A DNA stretch of 64,000 nucleotides. It comes from an uncultured delta proteobacterium. Its GTDB lineage: Bacteria; Myxococcota_A; Polyangia; Palsa-1104. The position numbers and the translations under genes were made by a program. Below are positions 19,028 through 30,138 of the stretch, one piece after another (the stretch's first letter is position 1; every line of letters begins with the position of its first letter). The stretch covers positions 640,001-704,000 of the forward strand of contig CAWAWS010000007.1 in the NCBI GenBank assembly GCA_963785725.1, in the 5' to 3' direction. Below the pieces are notes generated by a model. It saw only the letters and a list, made by a program, of their open reading frames with translations, was not told where the DNA came from and made no database searches.

Positions 19028-20607
19028 CACACGCTCCTGACGTAGGTCGCCGAAAAAGGATGCTTCGCGTCGCCGTTCCGCTTCACGCCGTGATCGGGAT
19101 TGGCCGACATGTGCTCGAGGATCTTGTACACGTGCTCGATGTCTTCGGTCTCGCCGATCGCCGTCGCCACCTCGTCGACGCTGCGCGGCTTGCCGTCGAG
19201 CGTGGCCAAGATCTTCTTCTGAATCGCCAGCACCGCCGCCGCCGCCTTCTTGCCCGCCTCGACGCCCGGCTGATGATAGGCGTTGATGTTGACGAGCTGC
19301 GCATATAGGCCGACCGCGCGTTCGTACAGCGCGATCAAGATGCCGACATTGCGCGCGTCGACCTGCGCGATCGTGATCGTAATCGACTGCCGATCGTTCT
19401 CGTACAGCGCCCGCCGCGTGCCCAAGAGGAAGCCGAGCAAGAAATCGCCCGCGCTCGTGTTCTCCTCGACCGCCAGCGACTTGCCTTTGCGATCGTGCAA
19501 GACCTCGATGAACGTCGCGAAGAAGTTGAGCACGCCCTCGCGCAGCTGCTGCACGTACGCGTGCTGATCGGTCGAGCCTTTGTTGCCGTAGACGGCGATG
19601 CCTTGATGCACGACTTTGCCGTCGAGATCCTTCTCTTTGCCGAGCGACTCCATCACCAGCTGCTGCAGGTAGCGCGAGAACAGCTCCAGGCGATCTTTAT
19701 AGGGCAAGATCACCATGTCCTTCTTGCCTTGTCCGTCGCCGGCGAAGTGCCACATGAGCGCCAGCCACGCCGCCGGGTTCTGCTTGGTCTCGCGATTGCG
19801 CGTCACGGCGTCGCAGTCTTTGGCGCCGTCGAGCAGGGCGCGGATGTCGATGCCCTGCAGCGCCGCCGGCAAGAGGCCGACCGCCGAGAGCTCGCTCGTG
19901 CGCCCGCCGATCCAGTCCCACATGGGAAAACGCGCGAGGAAGCCGCGCTCTTTGGCGTAACGGTCGAGCTCGCTGTCGGCGCCGGTGATGGCGACTGCGT
20001 GCTTGCCGAAGTCGAGCCCGGCGCGCTCGTAAGCCGCCTGCGCCTCGAGCATGCCGTTGCGCGTCTCCTTCGTGCCGCCCGACTTCGAGATGACGACGGT
20101 CAACGTCTCGTCGAGCTTGCCTTCGTAGGCGCCGAGCACGTGATCGAAGCCGTCGGGATCGGTGTTGTCGAAGAAGCGCACGCTCATGCGATCGTGGTTG
20201 GTGCCGAGCGCCGCGTGCACGAACTCGGGCCCGAGCGCCGAGCCGCCGATGCCGATGACGAGCAGCCGCTTGAGCGGCACCTTCTGCCCGGCAATTTTCC
20301 CGGCGTGCACGTCGGCCGCGAACGTCTCGATCTTCGCCAGCGTGTCTTCGATCTCGCGCTTGAGCTCGGGCGTCGGCGCCAAGCTCGCGTCGCGCAGCCA
20401 ATAATGGCCGACCATGCGTTTCTCGTCGGGATTGGCGATGGCGCCTTTCTCGATCGCCTCCATCGCCGCGTAGGCCTTCTGCATCGCCGGCTCCCACTTC
20501 GCGAGGAAGTCGGCGGGAAACTTCATGCGGCTCGGATCGAGGGTGAGCTCGATCGACGGGTTGACGTTCAGGTATTCGCGGTAGCGATCCCACAACGCGC
20601 GCGACAT
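19027..20607 (-). CDS. pgi: glucose-6-phosphate isomerase
   Basis: '[11 protein letters not shown]', '[11 protein letters not shown]', 'WDWIGGRTS', '[10 protein letters not shown]', '[13 protein letters not shown]'. Confidence 0.96.
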   Translation of the reverse strand: MSRALWDRYREYLNVNPSIELTLDPSRMKFPADFLAKWEPAMQKAYAAMEAIEKGAIANPDEKRMVGHYWLRDASLAPTPELKREIEDTLAKIETFAADVHAGKIAGQKVPLKRLLVIGIGGSALGPEFVHAALGTNHDRMSVRFFDNTDPDGFDHVLGAYEGKLDETLTVVISKSGGTKETRNGMLEAQAAYERAGLDFGKHAVAITGADSELDRYAKERGFLARFPMWDWIGGRTSELSAVGLLPAALQGIDIRALLDGAKDCDAVTRNRETKQNPAAWLALMWHFAGDGQGKKDMVILPYKDRLELFSRYLQQLVMESLGKEKDLDGKVVHQGIAVYGNKGSTDQHAYVQQLREGVLNFFATFIEVLHDRKGKSLAVEENTSAGDFLLGFLLGTRRALYENDRQSITITIAQVDARNVGILIALYERAVGLYAQLVNINAYHQPGVEAGKKAAAAVLAIQKKILATLDGKPRSVDEVATAIGETEDIEHVYKILEHMSANPDHGVKRNGDAKHPFSATYVRSV

Positions 20608-20692
20608 GTTGGCTCTCCAGTGAGGACGAACAGCATACGACAAACCGAGCGCGACCGCCTGCTCGCGCCGAAGCTGCCGCACATTCGGATGT

Positions 20693-21079
20693 TCAAACGA
20701 GGGCGGCGGTTGCGAACGGCGCCGCGAGCGCCTCGAGCAGCGCCGCCGGACGCAGCGGCTTGCGCAGGAACTGCTCGGCGCCCGCCGCCAACGCCTGCGC
20801 GCGCCACGTCGCCGACGAGTGCGCCGTCAGCATGAGCACGCGCACGTGGCGCGTCGCCCGCTCGCGCTTGAGCGCGCGCAGCGCTTGCAGACCGCTGTCG
20901 CCCGGCAGCGTCCAATCGAGCACGACCGCCGCCAAGTCGTGCGCCTCACGTTGCGCCAGCGCCACCACGCCCTGCGCGTTCGGCCGCTCGAGCACGCGCC
21001 AACCGGCCGCTCGCAACGCCTCCGCATACAGCCCACGCACCGGCGCGTGATCTTCGACGAGGATCACCGTACGCGTCAT
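20693..21079 (-). CDS. stand-alone response regulator receiver
   Basis: 'ILVEDH', '[12 protein letters not shown]', 'LMLTA', 'FLRKP'. Confidence 0.85.
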   Translation of the reverse strand: MTRTVILVEDHAPVRGLYAEALRAAGWRVLERPNAQGVVALAQREAHDLAAVVLDWTLPGDSGLQALRALKRERATRHVRVLMLTAHSSATWRAQALAAGAEQFLRKPLRPAALLEALAAPFATAALV

Positions 21080-21153
21080 TGCGTCAATGTCTTAAGCGCG
21101 ACGGCGAGCGCGGCAAGCTATGTTATCTTGGTGGTGGGCGGCGGAGGATCTAC

Positions 21154-21549
21154 GTGAGCGCGAGTCGTGAGCAGCTGGGGCGTCCGTTGGTGCTGGTCGT
21201 CGACGACGATCAGACCGTGCAGGAAGCCGTGCGCGAAGAGCTCGACAGCCGCGACTACGAGGTCGTGGTCGCCAGCGACGGTGAAGCGGCGACGCGCCTG
21301 TTGGCCGCGATCCATCCGGACGTGCTCGTGCTCGATCTGCGGCTTCCGCAAGTGTCGGGTCCGATGGTCGCCGCCGGCTTGAACATGCTGCCCGATCGCC
21401 CGCAGGTGCTCATCTGCTCGGCGGTTCCGTATGCGCCCGAGATCGCCAGCGACATCGGCGCCGACGGGGTGCTGTTGAAGCCGTTCGTGCGCGCCGATTT
21501 GCGCGCCGAGATCGAGCGGCTCGTCGCCAAAGCGCGCGCGCAAGCTTAG
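21154..21549 (+). CDS. stand-alone response regulator receiver
   Basis: 'VLVVDDD', 'PDVLVLDLRLPQVSG', 'LLKPF'; GTG after GGAGG. Confidence 0.85.
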   Translation: MSASREQLGRPLVLVVDDDQTVQEAVREELDSRDYEVVVASDGEAATRLLAAIHPDVLVLDLRLPQVSGPMVAAGLNMLPDRPQVLICSAVPYAPEIASDIGADGVLLKPFVRADLRAEIERLVAKARAQA

Positions 21550-21614
21550 CGCCGCGCGCTGCACGAAGTCGCGCCTGATTCGTCGGTCGCCACCAAGCCG
21601 CGACGTCGCGGACG

Positions 21615-21938
21615 CTAATGGAGCCGCGAGCGCAGCTGGGGAATGCTGTCATGCGGCGGCGCCAAGCCGGCGACGTGCACGCCCAGCTTCGGCCGGAGCG
21701 CCAACAAGCGACGGCGCAGCTGCGACGCCGCGCCCGCCGTCAGCGCCAACACCGCCAACGTCACGTTGGCGGCGCGCGCACAGCGCAATCCATCGCGCGC
21801 ACCGACGGCAGTGACCACTGCATAGCCGCGCAACGTGAACAGCTCCGCGTAAATCTCCAGCGCCAAAGGGTCGTCGGCAACGATCAAAACCGACGCGCGA
21901 CGCGTCGCTCGTAATCGCTTCCGATGTTGAATTGTCAC
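21615..21938 (-). CDS. degenerate receiver-like protein (start uncertain)
   Basis: 'VLIVADDPLALEIYAELFTLRGYAVVTA' but lacks the phospho-Asp and the KP motif. Confidence 0.45.
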   Translation of the reverse strand: MTIQHRKRLRATRRASVLIVADDPLALEIYAELFTLRGYAVVTAVGARDGLRCARAANVTLAVLALTAGAASQLRRRLLALRPKLGVHVAGLAPPHDSIPQLRSRLH

Positions 21939-22023
21939 GCTATCGGGATAGGCACCGACGACGATGCCGACAAGCCCGTGTTTGTCGCTTGAACATCTGC
22001 GCAGTGCGATCAATACATATTTC

Positions 22024-25000
22024 GTGCTCGATCGCTTTCACCCCGCGGTCTCGACGTGGTTCCGCGAGCGTTTCGGCGCGCCCACCGAAGCGCAGTCGCG
22101 CGGCTGGGCCGAGATCGCGTCCGGCCGCGACACGCTCATCATGGCGCCGACCGGATCGGGCAAGACGTTGGCCGCGTTCTTGGCCGGCATCGACGCGCTC
22201 GTCCGTCGCGCCGTCGCCGGCGCGCTCGACGACAAGACGCGCATCATCTATGTCTCGCCGTTGAAGGCGCTGGGAGCCGACGTCGAGCGCAACTTGGAGG
22301 CGCCGCTGCGCGGCATCGAGACGACGGCGATGCGGCTCGGCACGTTGGTGCCGCCGATTCGCACGGCGCTGCGCACGGGCGACACGTCGCAGACCGATCG
22401 CGCGCGCATCATCCGCAAGCCGCCGCATGTGCTGATGACGACGCCCGAGTCGCTCTATCTGCTGCTGACGTCGGACAAAGGGCGCGGCGTGCTGGCGGGC
22501 GCGGAGACGATCATCCTCGACGAGATTCACGCGCTCGTCGGCAACAAACGCGGCGCGCACTTGGCGCTGTCGCTGGAGCGGCTCGACGCGCTGGCGGGCA
22601 AGCGGCTGACGCGCATCGGCCTGTCGGCGACGGTGCAAGCGGTCGACGACGTGGCCCGCTTTCTCGTCGGCGCCGACGAGAAAGGCGCGACCCGGCCCTG
22701 TCGCGTCGTCGACGCCGGGCGCAAGCAGCCGCTCGACGTCGCCGTCGAAGTGCCGGAGGAGCCGCTCGGCGCCGTCGCCTCGCGCTCGATGTGGAAGGAC
22801 GTGCATACGCGGCTGTGCACGCTGATTCACGAGCACAAGACGACGCTGATCTTCGTGCCCAGCCGTCGCTTGTGTGAGCGCGTGGCGCACGATCTCGAGG
22901 AGCTGCTCGGCAAGCAAATGGTGGCGGCGCATCACGGCGCGCTGGCCAAGCGGACGCGGCTCGGCGTCGAGCGGCGGCTGCAGTCGGGGCAGCTGCGCGC
23001 GGTGGTGGCCACGGCGTCGCTCGAGCTCGGTATCGACATCGGCGACGTCGAGCTCGTCTGTCAGCTGGGCTCGCCGCGCGCCATCGCCGTCTTGCGCCAG
23101 CGTATCGGTCGCGCCCATCACAGCGTCGGGGGAACCCCCAAGGGGCGCATCTTCGCCATGACGCGCGACGAGCTCGTCGAGTGCGCGGCGGCGACGCGGG
23201 CGATGGTGTCGGGCGCGATGGATCGGCACGTCGATCGCCCGGCGCCCCTCGACGTTCTGTCGCAGCAGCTGGTGGCCGCGGCGTCGACGGGCGACTTCGG
23301 CGTCGACGCGCTGTTCGCGCTCGTGCGCGGCGCCGCGCCCTATGCGCAGTTGCCGCGCGGCGAATTCGACGCCGTCCTCGACATGCTCGGCGACGGCATC
23401 GCCACGCGCCGCGGTCGCTCGGGCGCGCACTTGCACCTCGATCGCGTCAACGGTCGCGTGCGCGGCCGGCGCGGCGCCAAGCTGGCGGCGCTGACGTCGG
23501 GCGGCGCCATCCCCGACAAGGCCGACTACACCGTCGTCGAAGATCCGACGGAAGCGGTCGTCGGCACGCTCGACGAAGACTTCGCGATCGAGTCGATGGC
23601 GGGCGACATCTTCCTGCTCGGCTCGCACTCCTGGCGCATTCGCCGCGTCGAGAACGGCGTCGTGCGCGTCGAGGACGCCAACGGCCTGCCGCCGTCGGTG
23701 CCGTTCTGGAACGGCGAGGGCTTGGCGCGCACGGGCGAGCTGTCGGCGGAGGTGGCGCGGCTGCGCGAAGAGCTGATGGCGCGGCCGGCCGCGGAAGCGC
23801 TGGCGCTCTTGGCCAACGACTGCAAATTGTCGCGCGGCGGCGCCGAGCAGGCCTTGGCCTACGTCGTCGAAGGCGCGCAGGCGCTCGGCGGCGTGCCGTC
23901 GCAGACCTGCGTCATCGCCGAGCGCTTCTTCGACGACGCCGGCGGCATGCAGCTCGTCATTCACGCCCCGTTCGGCGCCCGCATCAACCGCGCGTGGGGC
24001 CTCGGTCTACGCAAGAAGTTCTGTCGCGCCTTCGACTTCGAGCTGCAAGCGGCCGCCTCCGATGACGCGATCTTGTTGTCGCTCGGCCCGCAGCATTCGT
24101 TCCCGCTCGACTCCATCTTCGGCTTCTTGAGCCCGGCGGTGGTCGAGGAGACGCTGGTGCAAGCGGCCCTGCAGTCGCCGATGTGGGAGACGCGCTGGCG
24201 CTGGAACGCGACGCGCGCGCTGGCGGTGCTGCGCTTCACGCAAGGCCGGCGCACGCCGCCTCCGTTATTGCGGATGCGGGCGCAAGATCTGATGGCCTCG
24301 GTATTTCCCGAGGCCGCCGGCTGCCAAGACAACCACGGCGGCGTCATTCGCGAGGACATGGCGCTGCCCGAGCATCCGCTGGTGCTCGAGACGGTCCGCG
24401 ACTGCCTGCAAGAGGCGATGGACTGCGACGGTCTCATCGGCGTGCTCGAACGCATGCGCGACGGGCAGATCCAATGTCTGGCGCGCGACACGGTGGCGCC
24501 GTCGCCGTGGGCGCACGCCATCTTGAACGCCATGCCCTACACGTTCCTCGACGACGCGCCGCTCGAGGAGCGCCGCTCGCGCGCGGTCGGGACGCGGCGG
24601 ACCAAGGGCGATCTCGGCATCGTCGACCGTTCGGCGATCGCATCCGTCATCGCGGAGGCGGCGCCCGATCCGCGCGATCCCGACGAGCTGCACGATCTGT
24701 TGTGCACGATGATCGCGCTGCGACCGATCGATCGTTGGCGCGACTGGTTCGACGCGCTCGTCGCCGCCGGCCGCGCGTCGCCGTTTCGCGGCCGCTGGGT
24801 CGCGACCGAGCGCCGCGCCGTCGCCGAAGCGGCGTGGGCCGACGACGACGCGGCGACGACCGCGCTCGTCGGCGGCTACCTCCTGTCGAGCGGTCCGCTG
24901 ACCGTATCCGCGATAGCGGACGCGCTCGAGCTGCCGTCCGCTAAAGTGGACGTGGCGCTGGCGCGGCTCGAAGCCGACGGTCGGGTGCTGCAAGGTCACT

Positions 25001-26154
25001 TCTCGAACGCCGAGCTGCAAGGCCAGCCGCCGTCGCAAGCGATCGAATGGTGTGAGCGCGGGCTCTTGCAGCGCATGCATCGGCGGACCATCGGCGCTTT
25101 GCGCGAGCGGGTCCGTCCGGTGTCGCCGGCCGATTACATACGCTTCCTCGTGCGCTGGCAGCATGCGATGCCGGGGACGCGGCTGCACGGCGTCGAGGGC
25201 GTGGCCAAGGTCGTCGAGCAGCTCGAAGGGCTGGAGTTGCCGGCGGCGGCGTGGGAGCGCGATATCTTGCCGGCGCGCATTCACGACTATCAGCCGGCGA
25301 TGCTCGACGAGCTGTGTCTGTCGGGCGAGATGGCGTGGGCGCGACTGCGGGTGACGCCGCCCGAAGCCGAGCCGAGCCCACGGGCGCGCGCCGGCGCCAT
25401 CGGCCTGTTCACGCGCGCACACGCCGGCTGGCTCATCGATCCCTACGCGGCGACGGACGCGCCGCCGGCGACGTGGGAGCACTTGTCGCCGCTCGCGCGC
25501 GAAGTGGCGGCGACGCTGCACGCGCGCGGCGCCGCCTTCGTGACCGACTTGGCGGCGGCGCACGGCCGTCCGACGGGCGAGATCGAGGACGCCCTGTGGG
25601 AGTTGGTGCGCGCCGGCGCCGCCACCAGCGACGGTTTCGCCGGCCTGCGCGCGCTCATCGCGCCCCGGAGCAACAAGACGACTGACAAGCCGCGCCGCGG
25701 AGTTTCAGGTCGCTGGTCGCTCTTGCACCGCGATGCGCCGCGCCGCAGCCCCGAGGCCGGCCCGTTCGGCGACGGCAGCCCCGTCGAGTGCGCCTGGACC
25801 TATCTGCGGCGCTGGGGCGTCGTCGTGCGCGCCGTGATGCTGCGCGAGCAGGCGGCGCCGCCGTGGCGCGACCTCGTCGCCGTCTATCGGCGGCTGGAGG
25901 CGCGCGGCGAGATCCGCGGCGGGCGCTTCGTCAGCGGTCTGTCGGGCGAGCAGTTCGCGCTGCCGGAAGCGGTCGAGACGCTGCGCGCGCTCAAAGCCGC
26001 GCCGCTGGCCGCCGAAGAGCTGCGCGTCGCCGGCGTCGATCCGCTCAACCTCGTCGGCGTGCTGACGCCAGGTCCGCGCGTTCCCGCGGTAAACGGCTAC
26101 GAGGTGATTTATCGTAACGGCGATCCGGTCACGGCCGAACGTGGCGTGGCGTGA
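22024..26154 (+). CDS. lhr: Lhr-family ATP-dependent DEAD/DEAH helicase
   Basis: 'APTGSGKTLAAF', 'YVSPLKAL', 'TTPESL', 'DEIHA', 'SLELGIDIG', 'GEIRGGRFV..LSGEQFALP'. Confidence 0.92.
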   Translation: MLDRFHPAVSTWFRERFGAPTEAQSRGWAEIASGRDTLIMAPTGSGKTLAAFLAGIDALVRRAVAGALDDKTRIIYVSPLKALGADVERNLEAPLRGIETTAMRLGTLVPPIRTALRTGDTSQTDRARIIRKPPHVLMTTPESLYLLLTSDKGRGVLAGAETIILDEIHALVGNKRGAHLALSLERLDALAGKRLTRIGLSATVQAVDDVARFLVGADEKGATRPCRVVDAGRKQPLDVAVEVPEEPLGAVASRSMWKDVHTRLCTLIHEHKTTLIFVPSRRLCERVAHDLEELLGKQMVAAHHGALAKRTRLGVERRLQSGQLRAVVATASLELGIDIGDVELVCQLGSPRAIAVLRQRIGRAHHSVGGTPKGRIFAMTRDELVECAAATRAMVSGAMDRHVDRPAPLDVLSQQLVAAASTGDFGVDALFALVRGAAPYAQLPRGEFDAVLDMLGDGIATRRGRSGAHLHLDRVNGRVRGRRGAKLAALTSGGAIPDKADYTVVEDPTEAVVGTLDEDFAIESMAGDIFLLGSHSWRIRRVENGVVRVEDANGLPPSVPFWNGEGLARTGELSAEVARLREELMARPAAEALALLANDCKLSRGGAEQALAYVVEGAQALGGVPSQTCVIAERFFDDAGGMQLVIHAPFGARINRAWGLGLRKKFCRAFDFELQAAASDDAILLSLGPQHSFPLDSIFGFLSPAVVEETLVQAALQSPMWETRWRWNATRALAVLRFTQGRRTPPPLLRMRAQDLMASVFPEAAGCQDNHGGVIREDMALPEHPLVLETVRDCLQEAMDCDGLIGVLERMRDGQIQCLARDTVAPSPWAHAILNAMPYTFLDDAPLEERRSRAVGTRRTKGDLGIVDRSAIASVIAEAAPDPRDPDELHDLLCTMIALRPIDRWRDWFDALVAAGRASPFRGRWVATERRAVAEAAWADDDAATTALVGGYLLSSGPLTVSAIADALELPSAKVDVALARLEADGRVLQGHFSNAELQGQPPSQAIEWCERGLLQRMHRRTIGALRERVRPVSPADYIRFLVRWQHAMPGTRLHGVEGVAKVVEQLEGLELPAAAWERDILPARIHDYQPAMLDELCLSGEMAWARLRVTPPEAEPSPRARAGAIGLFTRAHAGWLIDPYAATDAPPATWEHLSPLAREVAATLHARGAAFVTDLAAAHGRPTGEIEDALWELVRAGAATSDGFAGLRALIAPRSNKTTDKPRRGVSGRWSLLHRDAPRRSPEAGPFGDGSPVECAWTYLRRWGVVVRAVMLREQAAPPWRDLVAVYRRLEARGEIRGGRFVSGLSGEQFALPEAVETLRALKAAPLAAEELRVAGVDPLNLVGVLTPGPRVPAVNGYEVIYRNGDPVTAERGVA

Positions 26155-26269
26155 TCTGCGTCAACTCTCAGTCGCGCACCTGATTCGGACGCCGGCGGAC
26201 CCTGGCAGACATCCGCTTTTAACGACCGTCCGTATAACGGTATAGTTGAACTTTGTGTGACGGTGACCA

Positions 26270-27184
26270 TTGCCTGACCATCTGAAGCTGGTGCATGCCC
26301 CGCGCGCGTCCGAGGAGCTGATCGCGCGCGCGCACGTCTCTGTCGAGGAGTGGCTGCTGCGCGCGCTGCCGACGCGCGATACGCCGCCTTCGCGGCTGCA
26401 CGGCGCCATGCACGACGCGGTGTTTCCCGGCGGCCGGCGCGCGCGGCCGCTGTTGTGCCGGCTCGTCGCCGACAGCTACGGCAAAGGCGACGACGAGCTG
26501 GTGGGGCGGCTGGCGGCGGCCATCGAGCTCGTCCACTGCGCGTCGCTGGTGCAGGACGATCTGCCGCAGTTCGACGACGCGGCGATGCGGCGCGGGCAGC
26601 CGGCCTGTCACATCGTCTACGGGCAGGCGACGGCGATCCTCGTGGGCGACGCGCTGTTGACGCTGGCCTTCGAGACGCTGGCCAACGCGCCGGCGCGGCG
26701 GGCGGCGACGGCGTTTCGGCTGGTGGGCGCGCTCACGTCGGCGACGGGCAGCTCGCACGGCGTCATCGGCGGGCAGGCGCTCGAGCTGGAGCCGCATCCG
26801 GTCGAGCTCGAGATTTACCATCGGCAAAAGACGGCGGCGCTGTTTCGCGCGGCGGCGGCGGGCGCGGCGATTTGCTGCGGCGTCGAGGCCGACGTGTCGC
26901 GTTGGGCGCGCGTCGGCGAGCTCATCGGCATCGCGCTGCAGCTGCGCGACGACATCGACGACGTCGGCGCCAGCGCCGGCGAGATTGGCAAGCCGGTCGG
27001 GCGCGACGCGCTGCTCGGGCGGCCGAACGCCGCGCTGCAAGTCGGCGTCGACGGCTGTCAGGCCAAGCGGCACGAAATCATCGACGCCGTCCGCGAGCTG
27101 CTCGGTCCGCCGACGCCGGAGAACGAGGCGCTGCACCATCTCGTCGAAGAGGTCACACGTCCGGCCGATCGTCGCGTCGGCTGA
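26270..27184 (+). CDS. polyprenyl diphosphate synthase (GGPP synthase/CrtE-like)
   Basis: 'GGRRARP', 'IELVHCASLVQDDLPQFD..MRRG', 'KTAALF', 'LQLRDDIDD'. Confidence 0.88.
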   Translation: MPDHLKLVHAPRASEELIARAHVSVEEWLLRALPTRDTPPSRLHGAMHDAVFPGGRRARPLLCRLVADSYGKGDDELVGRLAAAIELVHCASLVQDDLPQFDDAAMRRGQPACHIVYGQATAILVGDALLTLAFETLANAPARRAATAFRLVGALTSATGSSHGVIGGQALELEPHPVELEIYHRQKTAALFRAAAAGAAICCGVEADVSRWARVGELIGIALQLRDDIDDVGASAGEIGKPVGRDALLGRPNAALQVGVDGCQAKRHEIIDAVRELLGPPTPENEALHHLVEEVTRPADRRVG

Positions 27185-27185
27185 A

Positions 27186-27283
27186 GTCGCCGCTCACACA
27201 TCGCCTGAGCATGCAGTGCCGCGGCCGGCGGAAGTCGCCGCCCGTCGCCGCTCACACATCGCCTGAGCATGCAGTGCCGCGGC
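27186..27283. repeat. 40-bp direct repeat (2 copies)
   Basis: GTCGCCGCTCACACATCGCCTGAGCATGCAGTGCCGCGGC at 27186 and 27244, just after the synthase stop. Confidence 0.8.
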
Positions 27284-27481
27284 GCCGCGGCGTGATTCGA
27301 CCGCGCACAATTCTGCATGCTCGTCGACGGCAGTGACGGGCGCGGCGTGATCGCTTTGCGGACACGCTGAACGCTGAGCGTACGCAGCGCGCGCCGGCCG
27401 CGGCGCGAAGTGCCCGCGCGGCGCGAATCGCGAGCCGGCACGGCCGGTGCTTCAGCTGCGCGCCAATCAGCGGAGGCCCTC

Positions 27482-28783
27482 GTGCACAACTTCGACCAGC
27501 GTTCGACTTCTCATGCAGCTGCGCTCTGGCTCGCGTTCGCCGCGTTTGCCGGCGCCGGCTGCGGCAGCCACGGTGGCAGCAGCGGCAGCGACGCCGGCGC
27601 GGGCGGCGACCTGGCGGCGCCGACCGTCGACGACTGCACGAGCGCGACCGCGCACATCGACAAGATCGTGTGCGCCACCAACGCCTTCTTGGCGACGCTG
27701 ACGACGAGCGAGGCGACGTCGGTCAACCTCGCCTTCACCGACTTGAAGGACCGCACCGAGTGGTCCAACTTGCCGGGCGTGGCGCGACCCGGGCTCATGA
27801 TCAGCCAGTTCAGCAACAGCGCCACCAAGCCGGCGGCGCTGGCGATGATGGCGGTCGTGCTCACGACGGCCGGCTACTCCGACCTCGACGGCGTCATGAA
27901 CGCCGACGACTACCTCGGCAGCATTCAGGGCTCGACCGGCGGCGGGCCCGGCGGCACCGGCGACGGTGGCACCGGCATGATCGGCGGCACCGGCGGCGGC
28001 GGCCCGCCCGACGGCGGCATGACCGGCGGCCCCGGCGGCGGCATGACCGGCGCGGGCGACGCCGGCACGACCACGACCGCCGCCGGCTACTCGGCCGGCA
28101 ATTACACCGTTGCCATCTTCGGCACGCCCTCGGCCACGGGCAATTGGGAGATCATGTTCGGCGGCCACCACATGGCCTACAACATCACGTACCTCGCCGG
28201 CGTCGGCTATCCGGTGCCCAACCACATCGGCGTCGAGCCCAAGGCCAGCTTCACCATCAACGGCGGCACCTACGCGCCTCTGTCCGACGAGAGCGCGGCC
28301 ATGGTCGCGATGTACGCGTCGCTGTCGCCGACCGATCTGGCGACGGCGTACCTGCAAGGCCAGACGTTCGCCGACGTGCTCGTGGGGCCGGTCGAATATC
28401 AGACGGGCTCGTCGGCCGCGGCCAAGGCCAAGTTCCCGACGGGCGCCAACCGCACGGGCGTCCTCGTGTCGAGCCTGAGCGCGGCGCAGCAGGCGCTCGT
28501 GGTGACGGCCATCGAAGAGTGGGTCAACGACTTCGATCCGGCGCTGTCGGCGCAGCTCTTGGCCGATTACACGTCGGCAGCCGCGTTCGCCGATACCTAC
28601 GTCGCGTGGGCGGGCACGCAGTCGGCGGGCGTCGACGTCGACGTCGAGGGCACGTACATGCGCATCGACGGTCCGCGCCTGTGGATCGAAGTGGCGTGCC
28701 AGGGCGGCATCGTCATTCAAGGCAAGACGCACTTCCACACGATCTATCGCGACAAGCAGTACGACTACGGAGCCACGCTGTGA
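27482..28783 (+). CDS. DUF3500-domain lipoprotein (start approximate)
   Basis: Lipobox 'AGAGC'; 'WSNLP', 'Y.VAIFGTPS....W..MFGGHHMAYN', 'YMRIDGPRLWIE', 'HFHTIYRD..DYG'. Confidence 0.8.
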   Translation: MHNFDQRSTSHAAALWLAFAAFAGAGCGSHGGSSGSDAGAGGDLAAPTVDDCTSATAHIDKIVCATNAFLATLTTSEATSVNLAFTDLKDRTEWSNLPGVARPGLMISQFSNSATKPAALAMMAVVLTTAGYSDLDGVMNADDYLGSIQGSTGGGPGGTGDGGTGMIGGTGGGGPPDGGMTGGPGGGMTGAGDAGTTTTAAGYSAGNYTVAIFGTPSATGNWEIMFGGHHMAYNITYLAGVGYPVPNHIGVEPKASFTINGGTYAPLSDESAAMVAMYASLSPTDLATAYLQGQTFADVLVGPVEYQTGSSAAAKAKFPTGANRTGVLVSSLSAAQQALVVTAIEEWVNDFDPALSAQLLADYTSAAAFADTYVAWAGTQSAGVDVDVEGTYMRIDGPRLWIEVACQGGIVIQGKTHFHTIYRDKQYDYGATL

Positions 28784-30138
28784 GCGGCGCCGCCGCCCGC
28801 ACGCTGGCGGTCGCGACGGTGCTGTTGGCCGCCGCGACCGCCGACGCGCACGACGTGCGCGGGACGGCGCTCTTCGTCGACGTCGGCGAGCGCGCCGTCG
28901 CGGCGGAGCTGCGACTGCCGGCGGCGCAGCTGGCGATGGCGACCGCTCAGCGGTCGATCCCGACGCGCGACGCGCTCGACGGCTACATCCGCGCGCATCT
29001 GCAGGCGCGCACGCGCGAGGGCGCGCTCTTTTCGGTCGCGCTCGAGGCGACGGCGGTCGAGCCCACGCCCGACGGGCCGCTCGTCGTCGCGCGGCTCGCG
29101 CTGCGGCCGCCGGCGGGCGCGCCGGCGCGCTTCATCGCGCTCACCTACGACGGCATCGTGCACCGTGTCGTCACGCACAACGTCTACGTCTTCGTGCGCC
29201 GCGACTTGCGGACCGGTCTCCTGGGCGACAAGCCCGAGCTCGCCGGCATGCTGCACTATCAGCAGCGGACGCTGACGATCGATCGCACGGAAGGCTCGTC
29301 GTGGCACGCGCTGGCGGCGATGTTCCGGCTCGGTCTGCAGCACATTGCCGAAGGGACCGATCACCTCTTGTTCCTGCTCATGCTGCTGTTGCCGGCGCCG
29401 CTCGTCGCGCGCGACCGTCGCTGGCGCGAGCCGCGGCCGCGCCGCGACGGCCTGCGCGCCATCGCCGCCATCGTCACCGCGTTCAGCATCGGCCACTCGT
29501 CGACGCTGGTGCTGGGCGCGTTCGGCGTCGTCAGGCTGCCGGCGGCGCCCGTCGAGACGCTCATCGCGGTCTCGATCTTCGTGGCCGCGCTGCACGCCGT
29601 GCGACCGCTGTTTCCGCGGCGTGAGGCGCTCGTCGCCGGCGGCTTCGGCCTCGTTCACGGGCTCGGCTTCGCGTCGGTGCTGACCGGCTTCGGCTTCGAT
29701 CGGCTGACGCTGGCGCAGGCGCTGCTCGGCTTCAACCTCGGCGTCGAGGCCATGCAGCTCGTCATCGTCGGCGTCACGTTGCCGTGGCTGATGCTCATGA
29801 GCGGCAGCGTGGGTTATCGCTATCTGCGCGTCGGCGGCGCGGCGTTCGGCGCGCTGGCGGCGCTGGGCTGGATCGGCGACCGCGCGTTCGGGTGGCAGAC
29901 GCCGATCCCGTCGTGGGTCGAAGCGGTGGCGGCGCGAGCGCCCGCGCTCGCCGGCGCGCTGGCGGTGGCGGCGGTCGTCGTCGTCGGGCGGGCGCGCGCG
30001 GTCGGCCGGGCTGCGACGGCCGCGCGTCGGCAGTCGCGTTCGCGCGGCGTCGCCGTAGCCACCGTCGCGACGAGCGAGCGAGCGGGTCGTCAGGCGGCGT
30101 CGAGGGCGGCGCGGAGCGGGAGTGGGGCGAGGGCGTGA
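28780..30138 (+). CDS. HupE/UreJ-family membrane protein
   Basis: 'LGLQHIAEGTDHLLFL', 'VTAFSIGHSSTL', 'FGLVHGLGFA', 'LLGFNLGVEAMQL'; GTGA overlap with the DUF3500 gene. Confidence 0.85.
   Translation: MSGAAARTLAVATVLLAAATADAHDVRGTALFVDVGERAVAAELRLPAAQLAMATAQRSIPTRDALDGYIRAHLQARTREGALFSVALEATAVEPTPDGPLVVARLALRPPAGAPARFIALTYDGIVHRVVTHNVYVFVRRDLRTGLLGDKPELAGMLHYQQRTLTIDRTEGSSWHALAAMFRLGLQHIAEGTDHLLFLLMLLLPAPLVARDRRWREPRPRRDGLRAIAAIVTAFSIGHSSTLVLGAFGVVRLPAAPVETLIAVSIFVAALHAVRPLFPRREALVAGGFGLVHGLGFASVLTGFGFDRLTLAQALLGFNLGVEAMQLVIVGVTLPWLMLMSGSVGYRYLRVGGAAFGALAALGWIGDRAFGWQTPIPSWVEAVAARAPALAGALAVAAVVVVGRARAVGRAATAARRQSRSRGVAVATVATSERAGRQAASRAARSGSGARA

Noticed and set aside
24261..24276. Third copy of TCCGTTATTGCGGATG inside lhr
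   Set aside because: Falls within an intact coding frame (PPLLRM); treated as coincidence.
27186..27283. Mini-CRISPR (two 40-bp repeats)
   Set aside because: The 18-bp intervening sequence is itself partly repeat-derived; a simple duplication explains it.
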